Origin: the human T2T-CHM13v2.0 reference genome, Homo sapiens
DNA: 64,000 bases
Assembly: GCF_009914755.1 (NCBI RefSeq)
Contig: NC_060937.1
Strand: one strand, 5' to 3'
The notes under the pieces were generated by a model. It had not been told where the DNA came from, ran no database searches, and saw nothing but the letters and a program-made list of their open reading frames with translations. The translations under genes were made by a program, and so were the position numbers. Of this stretch, positions 43,045 through 54,214 are shown piece by piece (position 1 is the stretch's first letter; each line of letters starts with the position of its first letter).

Positions 43045-45904
43045 TGTTATGGACTGAATATTGTGTTTTGCCAGAATTCATATGCTGAAGTTATAAACTT
43101 CAGTGTGTCTATATTTAGAGTAAGGACATAATTATGATTAAATGAGGTCACAAGAGTGGGCCCTGATTTGATAAGACTAGTGTGTTAGGCAATTTGTATC
43201 CCTATTGAGGAATATCTGAGACTGGGTAATTTAAAAAGAAAAGAGGTTTAATTGGCTTACAGTTCCACAGGCTGTACAGAAAGCATGGTGCCAGCCTCTG
43301 TTTCTGGTGAGGACCTCAGGAAGCTTAGAATCATGGCAAAAGGTGAAAGGGGAGTTGTATCAAACGGTGAGAGCAGGAGCAAAAAGAAGGGGAAGTGCCA
43401 CACTCTTTTAAACAATCAAATTTTATATGAACTCAAAGTGAGAACTCACATATCACCAAGAGGATGGTGCTAAGCCATTCATGAGGGATTCATCCCCATG
43501 ATCCAATCACCTTCCACCAGGCCCCACTTCCAAGACTGGGAATCACATCTCAACATGAGACATGGAGAGGACAAACATCCAAACTATATTATTTAACCCT
43601 TGCCCTTCAAATCTCAAGTCCTTATCAAGTTTCAAAATACAATCATCCCTTCCCAATAGTCTTCCAAAGTCCTAACTCATTTCAGCATCGACTAAATCAA
43701 AAGTCCAAAGTCTCATCTGCAACTCAAGGCCAAGTTTCTTCCCCCTCTGAACCTGAAAGTTCAAAACAAGTCATTTAATTTCAAGACACAATGGTGGTAC
43801 AGGCATTGGGTAAAGATTCCCTCTCCAAAAGGGAGAAATTGGACTTAAGAAAGTGACTGCAGGCCCTACACAAGTCTGAAATCCAGCAGGCCAGTCATTA
43901 AATTTTAAAGCTACAAAATAATCTCCTTTGACTCCACATCCCAAATCTAGGGTACACCAGTGCAAAGGGTGGGCTCCTGAGGCCTTGGGTAGCTCCCCTC
44001 CTCTGGCATTGCAGGGTGCAGCCCCCATGGCTGCTCTTACAGTTTGGAGTTGAGTACCTGTGGCTTTTCTAGACAAGAATGCAAACTGCTTGTGGCTCTA
44101 CCATTCTGGAATCTGAAGGGCTTCCCTCAGCTCCACTAGGAAGTACACTGGTGGGGACTCTGTTTGGGGGCTCGAACCCCACATTTCCCCTTCACCCTGT
44201 CCTAATAGAGGTTCTATGTGAGGGTTCTGCCCCTCTGGCAGGCTTCTGTCTGGGAACCCAGGCTACTTACACATTCTCTGAAACCTAGGGGAAGCTTCCA
44301 AGCCTCCTTCATGCTTGCATGCTGTGTGCCTGCAGACTTAATAAAATGTGGAAGCTGCCAAGACTTATGGTTTGTACCTTCTGGAGTGTTGGTCCACACT
44401 GTACCTGGGGACCTTTGAACCACTGCTACAGCTACAGCAGCTGGGATGATGGGAACAGTTTCCTGAGGCTGTGCAGGGCAATGGGGTCATGGGCCTAGTC
44501 CCTGAAGCCTTTTATTTTTTCCTTCTAGCCCTCTAGACCTGTCCTAAGAGGTGCTGCCTTGAATATCCCAGAAAATGCCTCTGAGGCCTTTTTCTCATTG
44601 TTTTGTATGTTAGCACGTTGCTCTTTTTTAGTCATGCTACTCTCTCTAGCAAGTGGTTGCCCTGCATCCCACTTGTATTTCTCTCCTGAAAAATGCCTAT
44701 TCCTTTTCTATCAAACAGCCAGGGTGCACATTTTCCAAGTTTTTACGATTTGCTTCTCTGTTATATATAAGTTCTAACATGTTTTGCCCCCATCTATGAT
44801 TGTAGGTTGTTAGAAGCAGCTGCAGTGCTTCTTGAATGCTTTGCTGGTTTGAAGTTTTTTCCACCAAATAACTTAAATCATCATTTTTAAGTTCAGACTT
44901 ACACAGATTCCTAGGATGTGGACACAATGCAGCCAAGCTCTTTGCAAGGGTGTAACATAGGTGACTTTTACTCCAATTCCGTATTACTTCCTTTTTTCCA
45001 TCTGAGACCTCATCAGCCTAGCCATCACTGGCCATATTTTATCAGCATTTTGGTCCCAATCATTTTTGCAGTCTCTAAGAAGTTCTAAACTTTTTCTTAT
45101 CTTCCTGTCTTCTTCTGAGTCCTCCAAACTCTTCCAACCTCTGCCCATTACCCAGTTCCAAAGCTGCTTTCACATGTTCAGATATCTTTTTAGCAATGTT
45201 TCACTTCGAGTACCAATTTTTTGTGTTAGGCTATTTGTGTTGCTATAAAGAAATACCTGAGACTGGGTAATTTATAAAGAAATAGAAGCTTCATTGGTCC
45301 ACAGCTCTGCAGGCTCACAGGAAGTATGGGCCCATGGTTCTGCAGGCTATACAGAAGTATCTAATTCTGGCAAAGGCCTCAGGAAGCTTACAGTTATGGT
45401 AGAAAGGGGAGCTGGTATACCACACAGCGAGAATGAGAGTAAAAGAGAGAGTGGGGAAATACCATGCTCTTTTTAACAAACACATACTGCATGAAATCAG
45501 AGTGAGAACTCACTTGTCACCAAGGGGATGGTGCTTAGCCATTCATGAGGGATCTGCCTTCATGATCCAATCACCTCCCACCAGGCCCCACTTCCAACAC
45601 TAGGAATCACAACTCGTAAGATTTGGAAGGAAAAAATATCCACACAATATCAATTAATATCCATAGAGAACAGAAATCAGAAAATTTTCTCTTAACCTAC
45701 ATATGTAAATAAGGCCAGGCCATGTGAGGATGTAGTAAGAATGTGGTTGTCTGTGAATAAAAAAGAGGGCTCTAAACAGAAATCATCTCTGCCAGACTTT
45801 GATCTGGAAGTTCTAGACTTCAAAACTATGGGAAAATAAATATCTGTTGTTTAATCCACACAGTCTCTGATATTTTGTTATCACAGCCTAAGCAGATTAA
45901 TATA
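43045..45904 (+). mobile_element. MLT1A/B-like LTR split by MST element (43045-43180 and 45653-45904)
   Basis: TGTTATGGACTGAAT...AAATGAGGTCA upstream. GGCCATGTGAGGA...AAATAAATATCTGTTGTTTAA...GATTAATATA downstream. Confidence 0.75.
43181..45652 (-). mobile_element. MSTA/MSTB MaLR element with two LTRs (43181-43591, 45222-45652) and internal region
   Basis: Both LTRs start TGTGTTAGGC on the + strand and share GCCATTCATGAGGGAT...CACCAGGCCCCACTTCCAA. The internal region is reverse-homologous to THE1-int. Confidence 0.88.
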
Positions 45905-45999
45905 ACAAATTTTAGCTAATTTTAATTTTTAAATATATTTTTGATATCTCTTGTAATTTTAAAAATAACTAATCGTATATAGAATATTTTGTGACTTCT

Positions 46000-46304
<305 letters not shown>

Positions 46305-48175
46305 AGAACATTTTGTGACTTCTTTCTTTACGTGACTTATAATTATTACTCTTTGAAGTAAGTAAATTCCTCTTAAACACTGAATTTTGTGCCTTACACA
46401 TAATGCCATGCTCATGTACTAGTTAGACACATTACATCAAAGTATATTTTTCAACATTAACATTTTTTATCAACAGTATTAGCGTTTAATGTTTAATTGC
46501 CTAAATTTCTGAATATAGCAGTTAAAATATTTCATTTCATAAATATAGATATGGAAGAAATTATATTTTTTATTTCAGTAAGTGAGTCTGAATTTTACTT
46601 AGAATCTTTCTTCCCCCAGTCTGTGAAACTTAGTCTCAATAAATAAATTTTAGTGTTTCTCATCATCCCATTCTGGATAGGACAGAATAATCTACAAAGC
46701 CATTAAGGAAAATCAAGTAATATGTTTATTTTGTTTTTGAACAGGGGAGAATCTTTGTCCTCGTTCATCATCTAATGATATTTGTGAGAAATCTTTATTT
46801 TAGACTGCAGTATACCTTCTTCACTAAAAGTTCTTTCCAGACTGCTTAGCCCCTCTCTCATTGATATGTAGGAAATAGTTACTCTCATCTGAGGACATGT
46901 CTGCCATCTCAAATCTCCTGCTTCTGCTATCTCTGAGTCATGATGAGTGCACAGCTTTGCTGCTTCCCCAAATTCTACCCAGAAGTGCAGAACTGTCCTA
47001 TTCTGATATACATTTTCCTAAAAGTTTTTGTTTCACGTTTTTTGGATGTATATTTCCCCCTACTCCTTTCTGCATGCTGTAGGCATTACCCTGGGAGCAA
47101 GTGGAGGTGGGAAGGATAAATGGAAGAAATTTAGCTCTCTTTATCACTAGCTTACAACAATTTCCCAACAAGATATTACTTTTATTTCCTCATAGTCTGT
47201 GATATTCTCAGTTTCTTACGTCTGATATAAACATTATTTATTTTCACTTCAGTATGCTGGTTTTGATATTGAAAAAAAAATGTTTGTTTTTCCAAACTCT
47301 TTTTTCAGTAAAAAGTCAAGGATAAGCAGTTTTGTATTCTATCGTGCTATTCATTCACTGTTATATTGAGAGAGAAAAAAGATATGAGCAAACTGAACAT
47401 GGAAGAGGAAATGAAAAGGATGTTCAAAAGCAAATAATCAATTAACATTGTAAATATTATCCTGCTGAAAATCAGCACTTTGCTACCAGCCAGCAAAGTA
47501 ATCTGAAGAGAATAGAGATTAATTTTGTTCAGGGGAATTGTAGTGATAGTGAAACAAAAGGTGATACGGAAATTATTATATTTAAAAAATTCTCTAGAAA
47601 ATTAATTTCAAATACAAAGCAAATCAAATATCTTTGATAATATATTTTAAATCAAGGAGATGAATGCATGTTCAGAATTAGATAGGGCTTTTGGCCAATG
47701 TTTTCAACTTTCTGTCTCAAATTTGGAAATATGGTTCAATTCTGATTTTACATCTTTTTTTTTTTTTTTTTTTTTTGCCCCTTTACCAACTTGTTCTGGA
47801 AATAAACAAATGTTCCTAGCTTAATATATAGACTCTTCCTGGAGGAAGGGAAGAGGTTGTGTGGCACAAAGCTAGAAGAAAGAGAAAATGTGTGACAAGA
47901 GAAAGAAAGATTTGACATTTGTACCAATGTGTGAAATTACAGGAAATAAAAAATATAGTAGTTGCATCATTTCAAATGATATCTCCGCTTCAACTTATTT
48001 GCAAGAATATTTTTAAATGCTCATTTTATAGCTTTCAAAGTGAAGGCATTTTTATATTTAGTATTTAAAAATCATAGTGTGCATTTTTGATGTTCAGTTC
48101 TTTGTTTTCTGCTAATGTGATGTATCTGAGTTTGTGACTGCTGTGGTAATACACACAATGAAAAGCCTAGAGAGG

Positions 48176-48628
48176 TTTCATGCGTGTCCCTGTGAAGAGA
48201 CCACCAAACAGGCTTTGTGTGAGCAACATGGCTGTTTATTTCACCTGGGTGCAGGCGGGCTGAGTCCGAAAAGAGAGTCAGCAAAAGCAGATAAGGGTGG
48301 GGCTGTCTTATAGGATTTGGGTAGGTAAAGGAAAATTACAGTGAAAGGGGGTTTGTTCTCTGGAGGGCAGGAGTGGGGGTCACAAGGTGCTCAGTGGGGG
48401 TGCTTTTTGAGCCAGGATGAGCCAGGAAAAGGACTTTCACAAGGTAATGTCATCACTTAAGGCAAGGACCGGCCATTTACACTTCTTTTGTGGTGGAATG
48501 TCATCAGTTAAGGCGGGGCAGGGTATATTCACTTCTTTTGTGATTCTTCAGTTACTTCAGGCCATCTGGGTGTATAACTGCAAGTCACAGGGGATACAAT
48601 GGCTTGGCTTGGGCTCAGAGGCCTGACA
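48176..48628 (-). mobile_element. HERV-H 3' LTR7
   Basis: Minus strand TGTCAGGCCTCTGAGCCCAAGCCAAGCC...CATGAAA. AATAAA at 48235-48240 (minus). PPT AAGAAGGCAGGAA at 48629-48641. Confidence 0.96.
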
Positions 48629-49299
48629 TTCCTGCCTTCTTATATTAATAAGAAAAATAAAACAAAATAGTGTTGAAGTGTTGGGGTGGCAAAAATTTTG
48701 GGGGGTTGGTATGGAGAGAGAATGGGCGATGTTTCTCAGGGCTGCTTCAAGCGGGATTAGGGGTGGCGTGGGAACCTAGAGTGGGAGAGATTAAGCTGAA
48801 GGGAGGTCTTGTGGTAAGAGGTGATATTGCAGGGATGTTAGAAGAAATATTTGTCATATAGAATGATTGGTGATGGCCTGGATACAGTTTTGGATGAATT
48901 GAGAAACTAAATGGAATAACAGAAGGAGAAAAACAGGTATAAAAGGTCTAAGAATTGGGACGACTCAGGATATCTGATTAGAGAGTGCCTAAGGAGATTC
49001 AGCATAGTCCTGCCAGCAAAGATTATTTATTTACTTCAAGAGTTAAGAGTGGCAGTTTGGGGATAGCACCAGAAGATATCAGCTGTGATGGCTTGGAAAA
49101 ACAGTGTAAACCGGCAGTGTAAACAAGAGCAGGGCATGTATGAGTAGTTGAGAATGGTGAATAGGAGTGTGACTAGACAGAAGATAGTAGGGATGACAAG
49201 TTTTTTGGGGCACAGTCTAAGTTGGTCTGGTGTCTGGAATGAGACTGGGGCCTAATAAAAAGGAGCGTCTATACAGGAGCTTAAATGGGCTGTACCCTG

Positions 49300-51100
49300 T
49301 AGCATTCCGAGGACAGGCCTGAATTCTGAGGAGGAAAAGTGGTAAAAGTATTGTCCAGTCCTTTTTGGTGGCTGAGCTTGGTGAGGTGTGTTTTTAAAAG
49401 ACCTTTAGTCCATTCTACTTTTCTTGAAGACGGAGGACCATAAGGGATATAAAGGTTTCACTGAATACTAACAGCCTGAAAAACTGCTTGGCTGATTTGA
49501 CTAATAAAGGCTCGTCTGTTATCAGACTGTATTGAGGTGAGAAGGCTAAACTGAGGAATTATGTCTGACAGAAGGGAAGAAATGACTGCGATGGCCTTCT
49601 CAGACCCTGTAGGAAAGGACTTTACTTATTCAGTGAAAGTGTCTACTTAGACTAAGAGGTATTTTAGTTTCCTGACTCGGGCATGTTGAGTAAAGCTAAT
49701 TTGCCAGTCCTGGGTGGGGGCAAATCCTCGAGCTTGATGTGTAGGGAAGGGAGGGGGCCTGAATAATCCTTGAGTAGTAGTAGAATAGCAGATGGAACAC
49801 TGAGAAGTTATTTCCTTGAGGATAGATTTCCACGATGGAAAGGAAATGAGAGGTTCTAAGAGGCGGGCTAGTGGCTTGTACTATAGCATAACCTGCCTTT
49901 GCTGGTGTGTGGTGATTAGGCCTGGTGGAACCGCCATCAATAAATCAAGCGTGATCAGGGTGAGGAACAGGAAAGAAGGAAATATGGGGAAATAGGGTGA
50001 ATGTCAGGTGGATCAGAGAGATACAGTCATGGGGGTCAGGTGTGGTATCAGGAATAATGTGGGAGGCCGGATTGAAGTCTGGGCCAGGAACAATGATAAC
50101 TGTGGGTTTTAACAAAGAGTGAGTACAGCTGAAGGAGCCGGGGAGCAGAAAGTATATGCGTCAGGTATGAGGAAGAAAATAGATTTTGGAAGTTATGAGA
50201 AATGTAGGGAGTGAGTTGAGCATAGTTTGTGATTTTGAGGGCCTCTAAAAGTATTAAAGCAGCAGCAGCCACTGCACGCAGACATGAGGGCTAGGCCAAA
50301 ACAGTAAGGTCAAGTTGTTTGGACAGAAAGGCTACAGGGTGTGGTCCTGGCTCTTGTGTAAGAATTCTGACCGCACTAACCATGCCTAGGAAGGAAAGTA
50401 GTTGTTGTTTTGTAGAAGGTGCTGGGGTTTGAGAGATCAGTCCCACACGATTGGCAGGGAGAGCACATGTATTTTTATGAGAATTATGCCGAGATAGGTA
50501 ACAGATGAGGAAGAAATTTGGGCTTGATTGAAGTAATGGGGGCTGTCTGTGAAGCTTTGCAGCAGTACAGCCTAGGTAATTTGCTGAGCTTGATGGGTGT
50601 CAGGGTCAGTCCAAGTGAAAGCGAAGAGAGGCTGGGATTAAGGGTGCAAAGGAATAGTAAAGAAAGCATGTTTGAGATCCAGAACAGAATAATGGGTTGT
50701 AGAGGCAGGTATTGAGGATAGGAGAATATATGGGTTTGGCACCACGAGGTGGATAGGCAAAACAATTTGGTTAATAAGGTGCAGATCCTGAACTAACTTG
50801 TAAGGCTTGTCTGGTTTTAGGACAGGTAAAATGGGGGAATTGTAAGGAGAGTTTATAGGCTTTCAAAGGCCATGCTGTAGCAGGCGAGTGATAACAGGCT
50901 TTAATCTTTTTTAAAGCGTGCTGTGGGATGGGATATTGGCGTTGAGTGGGGTAAGGGTGATTAGGTTTTAATGAGATGGTAAGGGGTGCATGATCGGTCG
51001 CCAAGGAGGGAGTAGAGTTATACTTGTGGGTTAAGGTTGGGGAATACAAGAGGAGGACGCAAAGGAGGCTTTGGATTGGGAAGAAGGGAGGCAATGAGAT
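49300..51100 (-). pseudogene. HERV-H pol remnants (RT/RNaseH/IN, deleted and frameshifted)
   Basis: Broken ORFs 50771..51094 (PLTISLKPNHPYPTQRQYPI), 50484..50765 and 50048..50272 (AAAALILLEALKIT). Confidence 0.8.
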
Positions 51101-51148
51101 ATAGCTGTAGTCCAGGAATAGTCAGGGAAGCAGATAATTTAAAGTGTC

Positions 51149-51390
51149 TCAGCCTAATAAGGGAACTGGGCAGGTGGGGATAACGAAAAAGGAGTGCTTA
51201 AAAGAGTATTGTCTAAGTTGGCCCCAGAGTTGGGGAGTTTTAAGAGGTTTAGAAGTCTGGCCGTCAATACCCACAACAGTTATGGAGGCAAGGGGAACAG
51301 TCCCTTGAAAAGAAGGTAATGTGGAGTGGGTAGCATCTGTATTGACTAAGAAGGGGACGGGCTTACCTTCCACTGTGAGAGTTACCTGAA
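51149..51390 (-). pseudogene. HERV-H protease remnant
   Basis: EGKPVPFLVNTDATHSTL...VIPTCPVPLLG. The catalytic DTGA is degenerate (NTDA). Confidence 0.85.
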
Positions 51391-51553
51391 GCTCGGCGTC
51401 CGTGATGGTCTAGGGTGCTTCCGAGGCGATCGGGCAGTCTCAGTCTTCAGCCGCTAAGCTGAGAAGATCTGGGAAGGAGTCAGTCAGAGAGCCTTGGGCC
51501 AGAGTTCCAGGGGCTCTGGGAGTGGCTACCAGGTGAGTTGAACAGTCCGATTT

Positions 51554-52560
51554 TCAGTGGGGTCCCACACAGATGGGACAAGGTTTAGGAGGAATCCCGG
51601 GCTGTGGGCATTCCTTGGCCCAGTGGCCAGATTTCCGGCACGTGTAGCAAGCTCCTGGGGGAGGAGATTCTGGAGGAACGCCTGGCTGCTGCGGTTCAGG
51701 CGTTTGGAAGTTCTTGTGTGCTGGAGATGTGGCTGGGGTTTGTCTCACAGTGGAGGCAAGGAATTGCAATTTTTTCTGTTATTGTACACCTTGAAGGTGA
51801 GGTTAATTAAGTCCTGTTGTGGGGTTTGAGGGCCAGATTCCAATTTATGGGGTTTTATTTAATGTCGGGAACAGATTGGGTAATAAAATGTATATTGAGA
51901 ATAAGACAGCCTTTTGACCTTTTAGGGTCTAGGGCTGTAAATCGTCTCAGGGTTGCTGCCAAACGAGCCATGAACTGGGCTGGATTTTTACATTTGATGA
52001 AAAAGAGCCTAAACGCTTCTGATTTGGGATAAAGAAAAAGGAGCATTAACCTTGACTATGCCTTTGGCTCCAGCCACCTTTTTAAGAGTAAATTGCTGGG
52101 CAGGTGGGGGAGGGCTAGTCACAGAACGAAACTGTAAGCCCGACCAGGTGTGAGGAGGGGAGGCGATAAAAAGATTATAGGGTGGAGGAGCGGAGGCTGA
52201 GGAAGAATTGGGACCTAGCTCGGCCTGGCGAGGAGGGGAGAGGTCAGATGGGTCTGTAGAAAAGGAAGATTAGAAAGACTCAGCGATGCTTGGGGTTGGG
52301 ACTGAGGGGACAGGCGGGAGGGAAAGAAGGAAGATTTGGGATGAGTTGCACTGGGCACAGAGACTAGGAAGGGACTGATGTGTAAAAGAATGCCTGGACA
52401 TCAGGCACCTCAGACCATTTGCCTATTTTACGACAAGAATTATTTAGATCTTGCAGGATGGAAAAATTCAAAGTGCCATTTTCTGGCTATTTGGAACTAC
52501 TGTCGAGTTTGTATTGGGGTCAAGCGGCATTGCAGAAGAAAATAAGGCATTTAGGTTTTA
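51554..52560 (-). pseudogene. HERV-H gag remnant with CCHC zinc knuckle
   Basis: [14 protein letters not shown] in ORF 51554..51769. MHR-like KNPAQFMARL in ORF 51855..52046. Contains stops. Confidence 0.85.
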
Positions 52561-52738
52561 GGTCAGGTGTGAGTTGAAGAGGTTTTAAGTTTTTGAGAAC
52601 ACAGGCCAAGGGAGTAGGAGGAGGAATGGAGGGTGGAATGTTGCCTATAGTGAAGGAAGCAAGCCTAGAGAAAAGAGAGAGTAGAGAAATGGAGAGAAGG
52701 GGTTTGGAGGTTCTTATCTTCCAGAAAAGTGGGAAAAG

Positions 52739-53212
52739 GGGTTGGGGCGCACAGATAAGAGGTTGGGGTGTGGAAATAAGGGATGGGGTGCAGAAATAAG
52801 GGGTTGGGGCATGGAAATAAGGGGTCAGGGCATGGAAATAAGGGGTCGGGGCACAGCAATAAGGGATTGGGGTACAGAGATATGAGGTTGGGGTACAGAA
52901 ATAAGGGATTGGGGGTTCTTGCCCCCTAGAAAAGTGGGACTTGCCACTAAGGGTGAAAGAGAGGGGGTTGAGGGGTACTTGCCCCTCCCTCAGAAAAGCC
53001 GGACTTGCCGCTAAGGGTGAAGGAGAAGAGGTTGAGGGGTACTTGCCCCTGCCCCAGGAAAGCAGGACTTGCCGCTAAGGGTGAAGGAGAAGGGGTTGAG
53101 GGGTACTTGCCCCTTCCCCAGAAAAGCAGAGAAGGGGTAGAGACAAGGAGAGAAGGGGTTGGGGTACTTGCCCCTTCCCCAGAAAAGTGGGACTTGCCGC
53201 TAAGGGTGAAGG
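52739..53212. repeat. HERV-H leader tandem repeats (about 8 x 21-bp and about 4-5 x 60-bp units)
   Basis: GGTTGGGG....GAAATAAG units at 52739-52912. GGGTACTTGCCCC...AGAAAAG..GGACTTGCCGCTAAGGGTGAAGGA units at 52915-53212. Confidence 0.9.
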
Positions 53213-53497
53213 ACCAAGACAGGCATCCCTGCGTGGTCTGACACCTTTGAAATGTGGGTGAATAATCAGAGAGGTGTCCCTGCAATGATTAAACACCAAG
53301 GGAAGGCTGCCTTCCCAGTCCGTGACTGGCGCCAAAGTTTTGGGTCCACGGATAAAACATGTCTCCTTTGTCTCTACTGGAAAATGAAAGGAATTGAAAT
53401 TAAGAGAAGGGAGAGATTGAAGTGTGGCCCCAAGACTGAAAGGAGAAAGAGGTTGAGGGATAGTGAGAGAGGTTGGAGAAGAGATTAAAAAGAGGCC

Positions 53498-53506
53498 GCT
53501 TACCGG
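53498..53506 (-). promoter_or_regulatory. HERV-H major splice donor
   Basis: Minus strand CCG|GTAAGC with GT at 53503-53502, about 150 nt downstream of the 5' LTR. Confidence 0.8.
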
Positions 53507-53629
53507 ATTTGAAATTGGTGAGATGTTTCTTGGGCTGGTCGGTCTGAGGACCTGAGGTCGTAGGTGGATCTTTCTCATGGAGCAAAGAACAGGAGTACAG
53601 GGGATTGATCTCCCAAGGGAGGTCCCCCA

Positions 53630-53647
53630 GTCCGAGTCACGGCACCA
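53630..53647 (-). promoter_or_regulatory. Primer binding site, tRNA-His
   Basis: Minus strand TGGTGCCGTGACTCGGAC, a 17/18 match to the complement of the tRNA-His 3' end. Confidence 0.95.
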
Positions 53648-53649
53648 AA

Positions 53650-54102
53650 TTTCATGTGCGTCCGTGTGAAGAGACCACCAAACAGGCTTTGTGTGAGCAA
53701 CATGGCTGTTTATTTCACCTGGGTGCAGGCGGGCTGAGTCCAAAAAGAGAGTCAACGAAGGGAGATAAGGGTGGGGCTGTTTTATAGGATTTGGGTAGGT
53801 AAAGGAAAATTACAGTCAAAGGGGATTTGTTCTCTGGCAGGGAGGAGTGGGGGTCACAAGGTGCTCAGTGGGGGTGCTTTTTGAGCCAGGATGAGCCAGG
53901 AAAAGGACTTTCACCAGGTAATGTCATCACTTAAGGCAAGGACCAGCCATTTATACTTCTTTTGTGGTGGAATGTCATCAGTTAAGGCGGGGCAGGGCAT
54001 ATTCACTTCTTTTGTGATTCTTCAGTTACTTCAGGCCATCTGGGCGTATAACTGCAAGTCACAGGGGATGCGATGGCTTGGCTTGGGCTCAGAGGCCCTA
54101 CA
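53650..54102 (-). promoter_or_regulatory. HERV-H 5' LTR7 (promoter, LTR7up-like)
   Basis: Intact TATAAAA (minus, 53780-53786). Two CACAAAAGAAGT motifs. About 23 differences from the 3' LTR over 453 bp. Confidence 0.9.
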
Positions 54103-54214
54103 AGAGGAATATGTAAAAAATTTCTGACACAAAGTTCAGATATGGCTTCTAAACATCCTGGTATTTACTACAAATATGCAGAAGTTACCTTAGCCCTTCC
54201 TGGTTATAGGGGTC

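Larger units (their letters stand above)
53075..53755 (-). other. 226-codon open frame across HERV-H R/U5/leader, homologous to the predicted ESRG (HESRG) protein; TTG start
   Basis: TLF.DSARLHPGEINS.VAHTKPVWWSLHTDAHEIWCRDSD...GASTPQPLLLHP matches my recollection of the predicted ESRG ORF. The first codon is TTG and the first in-frame ATG is at 53578. Translation is unproven. Confidence 0.5.
48176..54102 (-). mobile_element. HERV-H provirus, common about 5.9-kb internally deleted form, two LTR7
   Basis: 453-bp LTRs at both ends. Perfect 5-bp TSD AGAGG at 48171-48175 and 54103-54107. tRNA-His PBS, PPT and gag/pro/pol remnants. Confidence 0.97.

Noticed and set aside
52739-53212. Regularly spaced repeats as a CRISPR-like array
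   Set aside because: The units are tandem with no unique spacers, lie inside the HERV-H leader, and the DNA is primate. There are no cas genes.
48176-54102. Identification of this provirus as the ESRG locus itself
   Set aside because: The leader ORF differs from the recalled ESRG sequence and lacks the ATG. Locus identity cannot be established without mapping.
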